Below are positions 23,301 to 31,262 of a DNA stretch of 62,372 bases, piece after piece (position 1 is the stretch's first letter; each line of letters opens with the position of its first letter). The notes under the pieces are model-generated. The model was not told where the DNA came from, searched no databases, and was given only the letters and a program-made list of their open reading frames with translations. Both the position numbers and the translations under genes were made by a program. Source of the stretch: an uncultured Candidatus Saccharibacteria bacterium (GTDB taxonomy: Bacteria > Patescibacteriota > Doudnabacteria > UBA920); assembly GCA_964484145.1 (NCBI GenBank), contig CAZAED010000001.1, positions 20,790 through 83,161 of the forward strand. Direction: 5' to 3'.

Positions 23301-25669
23301 ACGGCTTCCATATTATTGGTTTTCAACAATTCCAAAATTTTTATTAAGCCGGAAAAAGCCTGCTCATTATAGGTGGCAGTTGGTAGCGCTTTTGGACTAT
23401 AGTCGGCCCAAGCATTTCCTCCTAGCCAAACAGTGTTATATCCTTCAGCTTTTATTTGTGGCAAAACTTTCGCTAAATTCTCATAAGAATCAGGTATGCT
23501 TTTAGGGAAGTCATACCAAGTAACACTTTTAATATCTTTATACGCTCTCAAATTAGTTGGGCCATAAACCACCGTTGAATTATTATTTATTGTCGAAAAA
23601 GTGGTTGGCACTGGAGTTGGTGTTGGTTGGGCCAATATAGCTGGGGCTAATTTAAAACTTTTTGGATTGCCAAGCAAAATTGCGTTATAAGCGTTGTCAG
23701 ACAAATCTATTGCCCAAGCCCAAACCTGGTGGTACTGGCCATCCTTAAGCTGATTTGGAATTTGAAAATTAAACGCGTGAGTGCCTACGTCGCCTCTGTA
23801 GTCCCCTGCAGTCGCTTCCACGGGAGAAGCTCCTGCCGTACCTGCGTTCTTGTCAAAATACAAATGCACCTTTACGGCTTGGGAATTGTTGTCGTTGTCT
23901 ATGGCCCAACCAAAAATTTTACCGTCGCTACTTATACCGTCTAAATAACCAATCGGCCTACGGTTAGAAATATTCGTAACAGGAGCCGAAGTAAAGCTTA
24001 AATTAAATTTAATATCACGACCGGTTTCTTCGCTAAAACCACTTCCTCCGTTACTGCTCTTAAGTAAACGACCCTGGCTGTAAATGTTGTTTTCGTTATA
24101 AGCATAACCATAACAACCTGCGGTTATAATATTTGATTTAAGCAGCAACCCATATTCCTGCCCTGCCTCAACCGCTACATTAAGCGGCAGTGAAATTTTG
24201 TTTGGCGCAAAATCAATTTTGCCGGGCGGGGTTAAATAACCGTCAGTTGTTTTGCGGGACGAAACACTAAAGCTAGCTAAAGCCGGCAACGCGGGCTGGT
24301 TGCCGTTTAATTTTACAACCTGAACACTTAAATCAGCATTCGGCAATACGCTGCCGTCTAAACTACCGTCTTTGCTGTCTGGCCTACTTTGAGGACCGCT
24401 TTGAAAAGTTACAAAATCAACAGCAGCTAATTGCCCTGAATTTGCTGGCTTAAAAGTTTGCATTAACTCCTTGCCGCCAATATCACAAGCGCTTACAAAA
24501 CTATCCGTGCTTGGAACTGACTGGCAGCTTAAAACCGGTTTGTTACTTGAGTCAAAAGTCAAAGGTCCCCAGTAGTAATTACCTAGTCCTTGATTAGCAA
24601 AAATTGTACCGGGTGGCGTAGAACTATGCCACAAATCACTCATATACAAATACTCGCCATTAAGCGTTGCCACATAAGTCGGCTGCCCGCCGCAAGAGTT
24701 AGGGTTAATAATCCCGCCATCTTGCCAAGGTCCATTAATAGAAGAAGAAAATAAATACCGAGTCGGCGTACCCGAACAATAAGGACAGTTGTGACTATAA
24801 ATTAAAAAGTAAGTGCCGTTTCTTTTTATTAAAGTCGGCGCTTCACCTTCAAAGCCGGTATTAATCATTTCACCTACCGAGTCGGTAAAACTAGCATTTA
24901 GTTTTTCAATTACCAAATCTCCGACTTCAGGAATTCCGGTATTATAGTTAGTATGGATTAAATAGGCGGCACCATTATCATCCAAAAACAAAGCTTCGTC
25001 CCCGTTCCAAGTATAGTGAACATTCTGGGCAAGCTTTGGGTTTGTAAAAGGTCCGGCTGGCGAGGAGCTTTCCATTACCCAATAACTCATTTCAGCTGCA
25101 ATGTTAAACCATAATACATAACCGCCACCCGCTGTTGCTGGTCTGGCTAATATATGCGGCCTAAAACAACCAATATTTGGACAATTCTTATTTGAATCTT
25201 GTCCTTGCCATGTACTTGGATCAAATAACAATCGCTCAAATTTCCAATTACGCAAATCTGTGGAAGAATAAACTTTAAACCCGCAAAACGGTGTCTGATT
25301 ATAATTTAAACTTAAATATTTAAAACCGCAGGTGTAAGATGTGCCATATAAGTAGTAAGTTCCGTTAAAATATTGAATTTCACCGTCGTGCGCGTCTATG
25401 GCATTGCCATCTGTATCAAACCTGGTTACTTGCTGACCCTGGCTAGTAAAATTAGTCTGCGCGCTGTTAAATGCACCTAAAACCTTGCCCTTACTTAATT
25501 CTGCGCTATCAGTTTTTGCCATAGAGAGGCTTATATCGTTGATTTCCGCGCTTGCCAACCAAACTGCGGAAGCCGAAGAAGCAGCAAAAAACAGGACTAT
25601 AGCCAAGCCAATAGCCGGAGCAACTTGAGCGCGCATAATGCTGCGCGACCATTCAAAAAAAGTTTTCAT
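20399..25669 (-). CDS. Giant secreted multidomain glycoside-hydrolase-like surface protein with SLH-like C-terminal repeats
   Basis: Signal/anchor. GH43-like propeller signatures (DAHDGEIQYFNGTYYLYGT, EGEAPTLIKRNGTYFLIYS). TIM-barrel GH5-like region (YNTVWLGGNAW, IGEMGAGF). PT linkers, one He_PIG-like Ig domain, two duplicated Cys-rich modules and two F.DV...G(I/V)T.GC...(F/Y)CP SLH-like repeats. The start is the ATG at 25669. Confidence 0.75.
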   Translation of the reverse strand: MKTFFEWSRSIMRAQVAPAIGLAIVLFFAASSASAVWLASAEINDISLSMAKTDSAELSKGKVLGAFNSAQTNFTSQGQQVTRFDTDGNAIDAHDGEIQYFNGTYYLYGTSYTCGFKYLSLNYNQTPFCGFKVYSSTDLRNWKFERLLFDPSTWQGQDSNKNCPNIGCFRPHILARPATAGGGYVLWFNIAAEMSYWVMESSSPAGPFTNPKLAQNVHYTWNGDEALFLDDNGAAYLIHTNYNTGIPEVGDLVIEKLNASFTDSVGEMINTGFEGEAPTLIKRNGTYFLIYSHNCPYCSGTPTRYLFSSSINGPWQDGGIINPNSCGGQPTYVATLNGEYLYMSDLWHSSTPPGTIFANQGLGNYYWGPLTFDSSNKPVLSCQSVPSTDSFVSACDIGGKELMQTFKPANSGQLAAVDFVTFQSGPQSRPDSKDGSLDGSVLPNADLSVQVVKLNGNQPALPALASFSVSSRKTTDGYLTPPGKIDFAPNKISLPLNVAVEAGQEYGLLLKSNIITAGCYGYAYNENNIYSQGRLLKSSNGGSGFSEETGRDIKFNLSFTSAPVTNISNRRPIGYLDGISSDGKIFGWAIDNDNNSQAVKVHLYFDKNAGTAGASPVEATAGDYRGDVGTHAFNFQIPNQLKDGQYHQVWAWAIDLSDNAYNAILLGNPKSFKLAPAILAQPTPTPVPTTFSTINNNSTVVYGPTNLRAYKDIKSVTWYDFPKSIPDSYENLAKVLPQIKAEGYNTVWLGGNAWADYSPKALPTATYNEQAFSGLIKILELLKTNNMEAVIGLNYLGQGWSPEGIDACRWMLDETMYKAFEDYSKEFLSRIQNYSNNVYIVVFTEGSEGSCLGDPYKPELRPGLLSAFQSRLGSWPLRVPPALRSKFRIGYHDYALINENYSGGQSPLSNPNPYDFMSMVAYGLTGKTDTQIVEEVKLKASRFKVLYPYTPLIIGEMGAGFCVPYSEDIQAQNVKALVNAAISNGLGFNLWQWKSLPDNSECLDQYGLGIHKNDGTTLRKSATAVSSILVPGFVQTVLPTPTPYINLPLACVNRTFNQSASGYYSSVVGGTKLSSIQPNQQYFVKCNYGTISSHITLEGGTASSCVYVGWDNLSAVFKCTTPSNGLQLSMACRMNNNPASDNSCNISNSLGNLNVEEQVSVSPRVGQLVSRYGTVYLVAQNGLYGFSNTATFYSWNFNFANILSANSAEIALPEIGIVPVKLPCFSSVSAQIASGVTSCDVVPAPTITPTPSPSAQALSIVTSTLPNAIAGQSYSSVIQLSGGVAPYTWQLVSTTYPSACCILGLNGNLGPIYSSSISFNTQSGTTVTSSYLGSYSWTIKVTDASGSIATKNIYLTVNPAVLTPTPTPVPTIIPTPTPVPTVTIVPTPTPTTLACVQRSFNTANSGIYSGASKISSLTPGQNFTARCDYGIVSGYITLDGNGATNCSWGGWSGTSALFNCIAPLQTGYYNVSCKMTNNQAADNSCSSLNSIGSYYVGLNPTPTPTPIPTVTPTPTPVAVYPRVGQLVNINSTVYLVGQNGRYGFPDLAIFNSWGLNFANVVVANSAEIALPQVGIVPTKLSCYNDIISQITANVTSCPDPVITRDVMAKKLVEKFPLNVSIGLSPSFNDVSQSNQYYSFIEQIYSRGITNGCYYDAASGIRNYCPTEPVKRWQAMLFLSRALGNRVDLTGIPTQQAFRDVPSTNPAFAQTQYFYQREVTIGCRINTDGTRDFCPDDNLTESQFNLLVERIYSAIGY

Positions 25670-25878
25670 TTTATTTTTGCCTGCCCCGTAGTAAACGCCA
25701 CAGATTGTGAGATTATACGAGCGCAAGATTGTTAATTTTTGTTTCTAGCCGGTAGTTACGCAAATTTTAGCGTTTTACTACACGGGGTTTCTATTTTGAT
25801 TAAACTGATTTTGGTTTAACCAAATATTTTGGCTATCTCTTGCCTAATTTTGGGCAGAAAGATAACTTAATTTCTTTA

Positions 25879-25907
25879 ATTATAGCACAAACAAATATTT
25901 TTGGCAA
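25879..25907 (-). promoter_or_regulatory. Consensus promoter of the giant gene
   Basis: Minus strand: TTGCCA (25902-25907), 17-nt spacer, TATAAT (25879-25884). Leader of about 200 nt. Confidence 0.55.
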
Positions 25908-25923
25908 ATTTTTTCTTTGCCAA

Positions 25924-25976
25924 TAAAAAAGCGCAGGGTGATGTCTGATCGGTAGATCGAGACAAAGCACCCTGCG
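25924..25976 (-). terminator. Terminator after the GC-rich gene 26029..26904
   Basis: cgcagggtg / caccctgcg stem (25932-25940, 25968-25976), with a T-run on the minus strand (25924-25930). Confidence 0.6.
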
Positions 25977-26028
25977 GCCTAACTGCTGTTAGCGGACGGA
26001 CACGTGTCCGCCGCCAAAAGAGAGATAG

Positions 26029-26904
26029 TTAGCGAGGAGGTGAGATGATCGGCACGGCCACTGCATTACTGTTGCGGGGCAGTGCCGGCTGCTCGAACAT
26101 TACAGTGCTGGTGTACGGATCGCCCAGCACCGTCAGCGTTATATAGGCGCGCGCCCTCCTCTCGTGGAAATTGGAAGGCACTCGAACAACATTGCCCGTG
26201 GGCGTCAACTCCATAGGCGATATCTGAGCAACAGTTCCGCCGTTGACGACTTCCTGACGCACCAGCGCAGTCCCGCTTGGGAACATCCCTCGAATCTCGA
26301 GAGTGTCCCCCACAAGCCTAACTTCCCGGATGCTACCGTCCCACCTGTCTTCGGATCCGTCCGAGTTGAGTTTCAGTGAAATGAAGTTTTGCTGGATTAT
26401 GTTGTGTATGCCACTCGGCGTTACAGACCAAACAATCACCTCGACGAAATACACCCCGTCGGGATCTGCGTTGGAAAACTCCCGCGAAAACACATTGAGT
26501 TTGTCGTTCCGTCCAAAACCACGATAGAAATATCCGAACATGGCGCCCTCTGCGTCGAAGTACTCAATTCGCGACCCATCTGGGTAACGATTCGCGCTTG
26601 GCAGCATAACACGAGCCGAGATGTGATAAGTTCCTTCGAGCAAATCAGAAGGAAGAAGCACCAAATTGAGACGGTCTTTGTTGCTGAAATACTGCCCGTT
26701 GGTTCGAACGAAGAACAAAGGCCATCTCTGGGACTGTTGGACGGATGCGGCACGTTGCTCGCTTTTCTGCAGCTGCAACAGCGGGGACACTCCGCCGAAT
26801 TGATTAAAAGCCTGCTCGGCAGTGATGCGAGGCATTTCCTGAGCGAAAGCGATGCTAGTCGCGGTGAACGCGAGCGATAAAACCAAGTTGATCAAATGGG
26901 ACAT
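26029..26904 (-). CDS. GC-rich secreted hypothetical protein
   Basis: RBS aggagaggg plus ATG. Signal peptide MSHLINLVLSLAFTATSIAFAQE. GC visibly near 55-60%, with shadow ORFs in all frames. Confidence 0.6.
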   Translation of the reverse strand: MSHLINLVLSLAFTATSIAFAQEMPRITAEQAFNQFGGVSPLLQLQKSEQRAASVQQSQRWPLFFVRTNGQYFSNKDRLNLVLLPSDLLEGTYHISARVMLPSANRYPDGSRIEYFDAEGAMFGYFYRGFGRNDKLNVFSREFSNADPDGVYFVEVIVWSVTPSGIHNIIQQNFISLKLNSDGSEDRWDGSIREVRLVGDTLEIRGMFPSGTALVRQEVVNGGTVAQISPMELTPTGNVVRVPSNFHERRARAYITLTVLGDPYTSTVMFEQPALPRNSNAVAVPIISPPR

Positions 26905-26950
26905 TTCCCTCTCCTACATTGAATTCCCAGCTAAAAACTCTGGGGGAAAC

Positions 26951-26992
26951 TAGACAAAATTAGTAACTAGTTACTCATTACTAATAACTAAT
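26951..26992. repeat. Heptamer array TAnTTAC x6 in the leader of the GC-rich gene
   Basis: tagtaac tagttac tcattac taataac taattac tatttca, flanked by imperfect inverted repeats ctgggggaa / ttccccag. Confidence 0.9.
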
Positions 26993-27097
26993 TACTATTT
27001 CATCCAAATTCCCCAGAATTTTACTAATAACTCTCTCTATAATCCTCCTAAGGATATTTATAAAAGAACATCTGGGCACAGTTGGCACAGACATATA

Positions 27098-27126
27098 ATT
27101 ATACACCTTTTTGACCATTTTGTCAA
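27098..27126 (-). promoter_or_regulatory. Consensus promoter of the GC-rich gene at 26904
   Basis: Minus strand: TTGACA (27121-27126), 17-nt spacer, TATAAT (27098-27103). Confidence 0.6.
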
Positions 27127-27202
27127 GATTTTAATATAAATTACCCTTATTTAAGCAATAAAAAACCACCCCCTCTTAATGGGAGTGGCTTTTACCAATG
27201 GT

Positions 27203-28996
27203 TTAACGAATTGAGCTACCGCTTCTATAAGCGTAAAATTCTGTAGCATTTACTTCCACTACACTATTTGGGTCTATATTTAACCTAGAAGCGGCAGAGG
27301 GATAAATGTATCTTTTAACCGTATCTTCTATTTTATATACTCTGGCATTGCCTTTTAGTTTTATATAGTCAACCGAGTCGTAACTGTCTAAATCTTCCTG
27401 GCTAATGGTTTGTATATTTTCCCAGCGGTTGCCGTAAGACAAAAATACACGGGCGGACAGTATAGGCATTTTTAGACAGCTGGCGGTTACAAAATATATA
27501 GTTGGGTCGTCGTCCACTTTTGCCGTCTTTGGTCCGCAGCCGGCTGTTGGAGGCGTAGGAGTATAAGTGGGCGTGGGAGTAGGATAAGCGGAAGGAATAC
27601 CAGTTCCCACAGTAAACATACTGCCTGAGTTGCCCGTGTAATTAAAACTGTATCCGTTATAAGTAGCCTTAACTATTTTATATACTCCCGGAGTAGTAAT
27701 AACTGAATTAGGCGGAGCGTTAAAGCCTAACGGAACCGTTATTCCCCCAATATGAAATTTGTTGGACAAATAACTCCCAACATCTGCCCTGTAAACCATT
27801 GTACTAGTGTTAAGTACATAATATTTAGAGGGGTCATTTACATTTTGAAAAGATATAGCTACGCTAACTGGCTTGTCGTTGTCATATGCCCAGCCAGAAA
27901 CTAAATCGGCTGAAACCGAATCAAGCCAACCTTCGTTGTAATTAGCATAGGGAGTTGGCAAAGGCGCTGGAGTAGGAGTGGGGGTGTAAGTGGAAGCAGG
28001 ATTTACAGTTAAAATATACGAGTAACTTAAGTTGGCAGAATATTGGTCGGTTAAATTTAACGTGACTGTATAAACACCTGCTGTTGTAGGAGTGCCTAAA
28101 ATATTTACCGAGGCTTTTCCCGGAGAACCTTCAATACCAGGCAAAATTCCGTATGTAGTATTAGGCCCAGAGGCACTGCCTGTGGTTATACCCGGAGGAA
28201 GTCCGGTAAAAGTCGCGTTACTGGCGTAAGGAGTACCTGTGGTAATATATTGCAAATTTATTTTGGCGCTATAATATGTACCAACTGTAGCCGCAGGCAA
28301 TTGCGTGGTGTTAATTTGAAAATAAGCGTAAGAATTTACATTAGCCGGTTTAATAGTTAAGTAAACTGTCTTAGTAGTTGTATTGCCAACAGAGTCTGTA
28401 ACTTTAAGTTTCCAATAATAGCTACCCGGATGATTCTCAACTGTGCTGGCAGTTTGCGTGTTAAAAGTCGGACCGTCGCCGGAAATTCCCAAAACGCAAC
28501 AACCGGAAGGGTAGTTGGTATCTATTGGGGTCCATTTGTAAGGCGCAACGCCTCCGCTTGCCGCAAGTTGTGTTGTATAAGCTTGTCCTACTGTGGCATC
28601 TGGCAAACTCGTTGTGGTAATTTGCAAATCAGAAGTTACTGTCCAGTTTAAAACCTTAATAGCAGTAGCTCCAAGGGCGTCCGTTACTTGAAAAGTCCAA
28701 ATATAGGCTCCTGCCGGACTAACTATAGTAGCAGATGTTTGGGTATTAAAAACACCGTTATTATTTACCCCCAAAACACAACAATTAGTACCTTGCACGC
28801 CGGAAGGGGTAATAATCGACGGAGCCGACCAAGTATAAGGAGCCACACCCCCTGTAGCTTGAAGTTGATACGAGTAAGGCTGGCCGACCGTAGCACTAGG
28901 AAGACTGGTAGTGGTTATTTGCAATGCCTCAGCCCTGGCTACTTGAACCGGGAGCAGCAAACTTGCAAAAACTATACTAAACAAAATTCTTTTCAT
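27203..28996 (-). CDS. Secreted surface protein with He_PIG-type Ig repeats
   Basis: Signal peptide MKRILFSIVFASLLLPVQVARA. Two repeats LQITTTSLP.ATVGQ.Y..QL.A.GGVAPY.W, PT linkers and a C-terminal module related to those in the giant protein. Confidence 0.75.
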   Translation of the reverse strand: MKRILFSIVFASLLLPVQVARAEALQITTTSLPSATVGQPYSYQLQATGGVAPYTWSAPSIITPSGVQGTNCCVLGVNNNGVFNTQTSATIVSPAGAYIWTFQVTDALGATAIKVLNWTVTSDLQITTTSLPDATVGQAYTTQLAASGGVAPYKWTPIDTNYPSGCCVLGISGDGPTFNTQTASTVENHPGSYYWKLKVTDSVGNTTTKTVYLTIKPANVNSYAYFQINTTQLPAATVGTYYSAKINLQYITTGTPYASNATFTGLPPGITTGSASGPNTTYGILPGIEGSPGKASVNILGTPTTAGVYTVTLNLTDQYSANLSYSYILTVNPASTYTPTPTPAPLPTPYANYNEGWLDSVSADLVSGWAYDNDKPVSVAISFQNVNDPSKYYVLNTSTMVYRADVGSYLSNKFHIGGITVPLGFNAPPNSVITTPGVYKIVKATYNGYSFNYTGNSGSMFTVGTGIPSAYPTPTPTYTPTPPTAGCGPKTAKVDDDPTIYFVTASCLKMPILSARVFLSYGNRWENIQTISQEDLDSYDSVDYIKLKGNARVYKIEDTVKRYIYPSAASRLNIDPNSVVEVNATEFYAYRSGSSIR

Positions 28997-29079
28997 ATAT
29001 TTTATTTAATTGTTTATATTTTCATCTTAAGTATAGCAGTTTTTAAAAAATTGAGATAAAAAGTACTGTCTGCTATGCT

Positions 29080-31221
29080 ATGTGGGCTATGGACAAATGG
29101 CTTAGTAAAATTAAAAACCTTAAAAAACCCTGGAAAATTGCCGGGGTGGTTTTGGTGGTGTTAATTATTTTTTGGCAAATTGTTTCCAAAGTTTTGGTTA
29201 ATAGGTTAATAACTACTTACCAAAACCAAGAGTCGCAAATTTTGTACGACAGGAATGGAAAATTAATTAGCATAAAACCAAACCCAAAAGGTTACTACAA
29301 CCAGTTCTTAACCCTTCCCCCAAAAGAAGCGGAGAATATTTTACTAAAAAAAGAAGACAAATATTTTTATTGGCACTTTGGTATAAACCCTTTTAGCATA
29401 ATGCGCGACTTATGGGCAAAGTTAATAACAGGAAAAAGAAGCGGCTCCAGCACTCTTTCGCAGCAACTGGTAAAAACACTGCTCGGCAATGAACAAGACC
29501 GAGGGGCGAGAAATAAGTTTAAAGAAATGTTCTATACGCTGGCTTTAGAATGGCATAGGCCAAAAAAAGAAATTTTAACCATGTACTTTAACAGCGTGTA
29601 CTTTGGCGGACTGGCCCAAGGCTACAAAGAAGCTTCTTTTCACTACTTTAACAAACCGCCGGAAAATTTAAGCAGCACGCAAATCCTTTCCCTGCTTTCA
29701 ACTTTAAACAACCCTTCCCAAAGTCAGGCCGGTACAGCGCAAAACTTAAAACGCGCAAAAAATTTAGCTAAAGAGTTTAAATTAAATGTTAGCAATGACG
29801 AATGGAACAGTCTTGGCTTAGTTAAAGCCGACGAACATAGAAATTCCGAAGTCACTTTTGAGCTAGCTAGCCTTAATTTAAATTGTCCGAAAGTTTGCAA
29901 TCTTACTATAGACTCGGAGCTTACAAAAAACTTACGCGGTATTTTAAAAAGAAATTTAGAAAGACCGGACCTAGACACGGCCTCCACCGGCGCGGTAGTG
30001 GTAATTAAAATGCCGGAAAACGAAGTTGTGGCCATAGTTGGCTCACCGGATACAAGCTCCAGCAGTTTTGGGCACCAAGTAAATATGGCTGTGCGGCCAA
30101 GAGCCGTGGGCTCTACAGCCAAGCCGTTTATATATTTAAAAGCTTTTGAAAAAGGCGCTAGACCCTATACTTTAGTTTCAGATCAGGAACTTAAATACCA
30201 AATTGGCACAGGTTTTGACTTCTTCCCCAAAAACTTTGACGGCCAGTATAGAGGCCAAGTTACTTTAGAAGAAGCTTTAAGCAACAGTCTTAACGTGCCC
30301 ACAGTACAAGTACTAGACTTTGCGGGCCTACAAAATTTTTACAAATTTTTGGGCAGCACTATGGGGTTTAAACCACAGCAGCCGCTGGAAAATTATGAAC
30401 TGGGCATTGCGTTAGGAGGACTTGAATCAGACCTTTTAACCTGGTCAAACTATTTTACAATTTTTGGACAAGGTGGCTACCTAAAACCTTTAACCATTTT
30501 TAAAAGCGGGTTTACAGACTCGCCATATTTAAAAACGCCAATGGCAAACCTAAGCAGCTCCCCTGTTTTAGCCGGCGAAAAACAATATGTGGAATTGGTA
30601 AATAAAATACTTTCTAACCGCGATGCAGGCGTGGCCCAGTTTGGCATAAAAAGCAATTTAAATTTACCCTACCAAAATTACGCGCTTAAAACCGGCACCT
30701 CGCGCGACTACCACGACAGCTGGACTCTGGGTTACAGCCCGGACTTTTTAGTCGGGGTCTGGGTAGGTAACAGTAGCGACAAACCTATGCGCGAAGTTAC
30801 CGGCCTTTCCGGAGCAGCCAAAATTTGGCGGGAAACCATGCTCTATATGTACAACTCCCCTTACAACAAAAGCACACAATTTAACTTTAGTGACATAAAG
30901 GAATTTAACCAAACAGGCTCTATAGAGTACGGACTTGTTGGCGACAACTACAAGCACCAAAAAAACTTAATTCTTAATCCCAGCTTAATATTAACTCCCC
31001 ACCAAGGCGACAAATATCTTTTACAAAAAAATACTACTATACCCCTAACTGCAAGCAAAGAAGTAGATTGGTATGTAGACAATAAATTAATAAGTCACTC
31101 AACAACAACTAACTGGCAACCTAAAGAAGCAGGAAAGTACAAAATAACAGCAGCTTCCAACGAAGGAAAAAAAGAAGAAATAAGCATTGAAATAAATTTG
31201 GAAGACAAAAAAATACCTTAG
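29080..31221 (+). CDS. pbpC: Penicillin-binding protein 1C-like (transglycosylase/transpeptidase)
   Basis: GT51 motifs EDKYFYWHFGINP and GSSTLSQQLVK. Transpeptidase motifs STAKP, SNS and KTGTS. C-terminal beta-rich extension; adjacent to the A2M gene. Confidence 0.8.
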   Translation: MWAMDKWLSKIKNLKKPWKIAGVVLVVLIIFWQIVSKVLVNRLITTYQNQESQILYDRNGKLISIKPNPKGYYNQFLTLPPKEAENILLKKEDKYFYWHFGINPFSIMRDLWAKLITGKRSGSSTLSQQLVKTLLGNEQDRGARNKFKEMFYTLALEWHRPKKEILTMYFNSVYFGGLAQGYKEASFHYFNKPPENLSSTQILSLLSTLNNPSQSQAGTAQNLKRAKNLAKEFKLNVSNDEWNSLGLVKADEHRNSEVTFELASLNLNCPKVCNLTIDSELTKNLRGILKRNLERPDLDTASTGAVVVIKMPENEVVAIVGSPDTSSSSFGHQVNMAVRPRAVGSTAKPFIYLKAFEKGARPYTLVSDQELKYQIGTGFDFFPKNFDGQYRGQVTLEEALSNSLNVPTVQVLDFAGLQNFYKFLGSTMGFKPQQPLENYELGIALGGLESDLLTWSNYFTIFGQGGYLKPLTIFKSGFTDSPYLKTPMANLSSSPVLAGEKQYVELVNKILSNRDAGVAQFGIKSNLNLPYQNYALKTGTSRDYHDSWTLGYSPDFLVGVWVGNSSDKPMREVTGLSGAAKIWRETMLYMYNSPYNKSTQFNFSDIKEFNQTGSIEYGLVGDNYKHQKNLILNPSLILTPHQGDKYLLQKNTTIPLTASKEVDWYVDNKLISHSTTTNWQPKEAGKYKITAASNEGKKEEISIEINLEDKKIP

Positions 31222-31262
31222 CCAGTTAGCTAAGGTATTTTTATTTAGCGATGTTTTACCGC

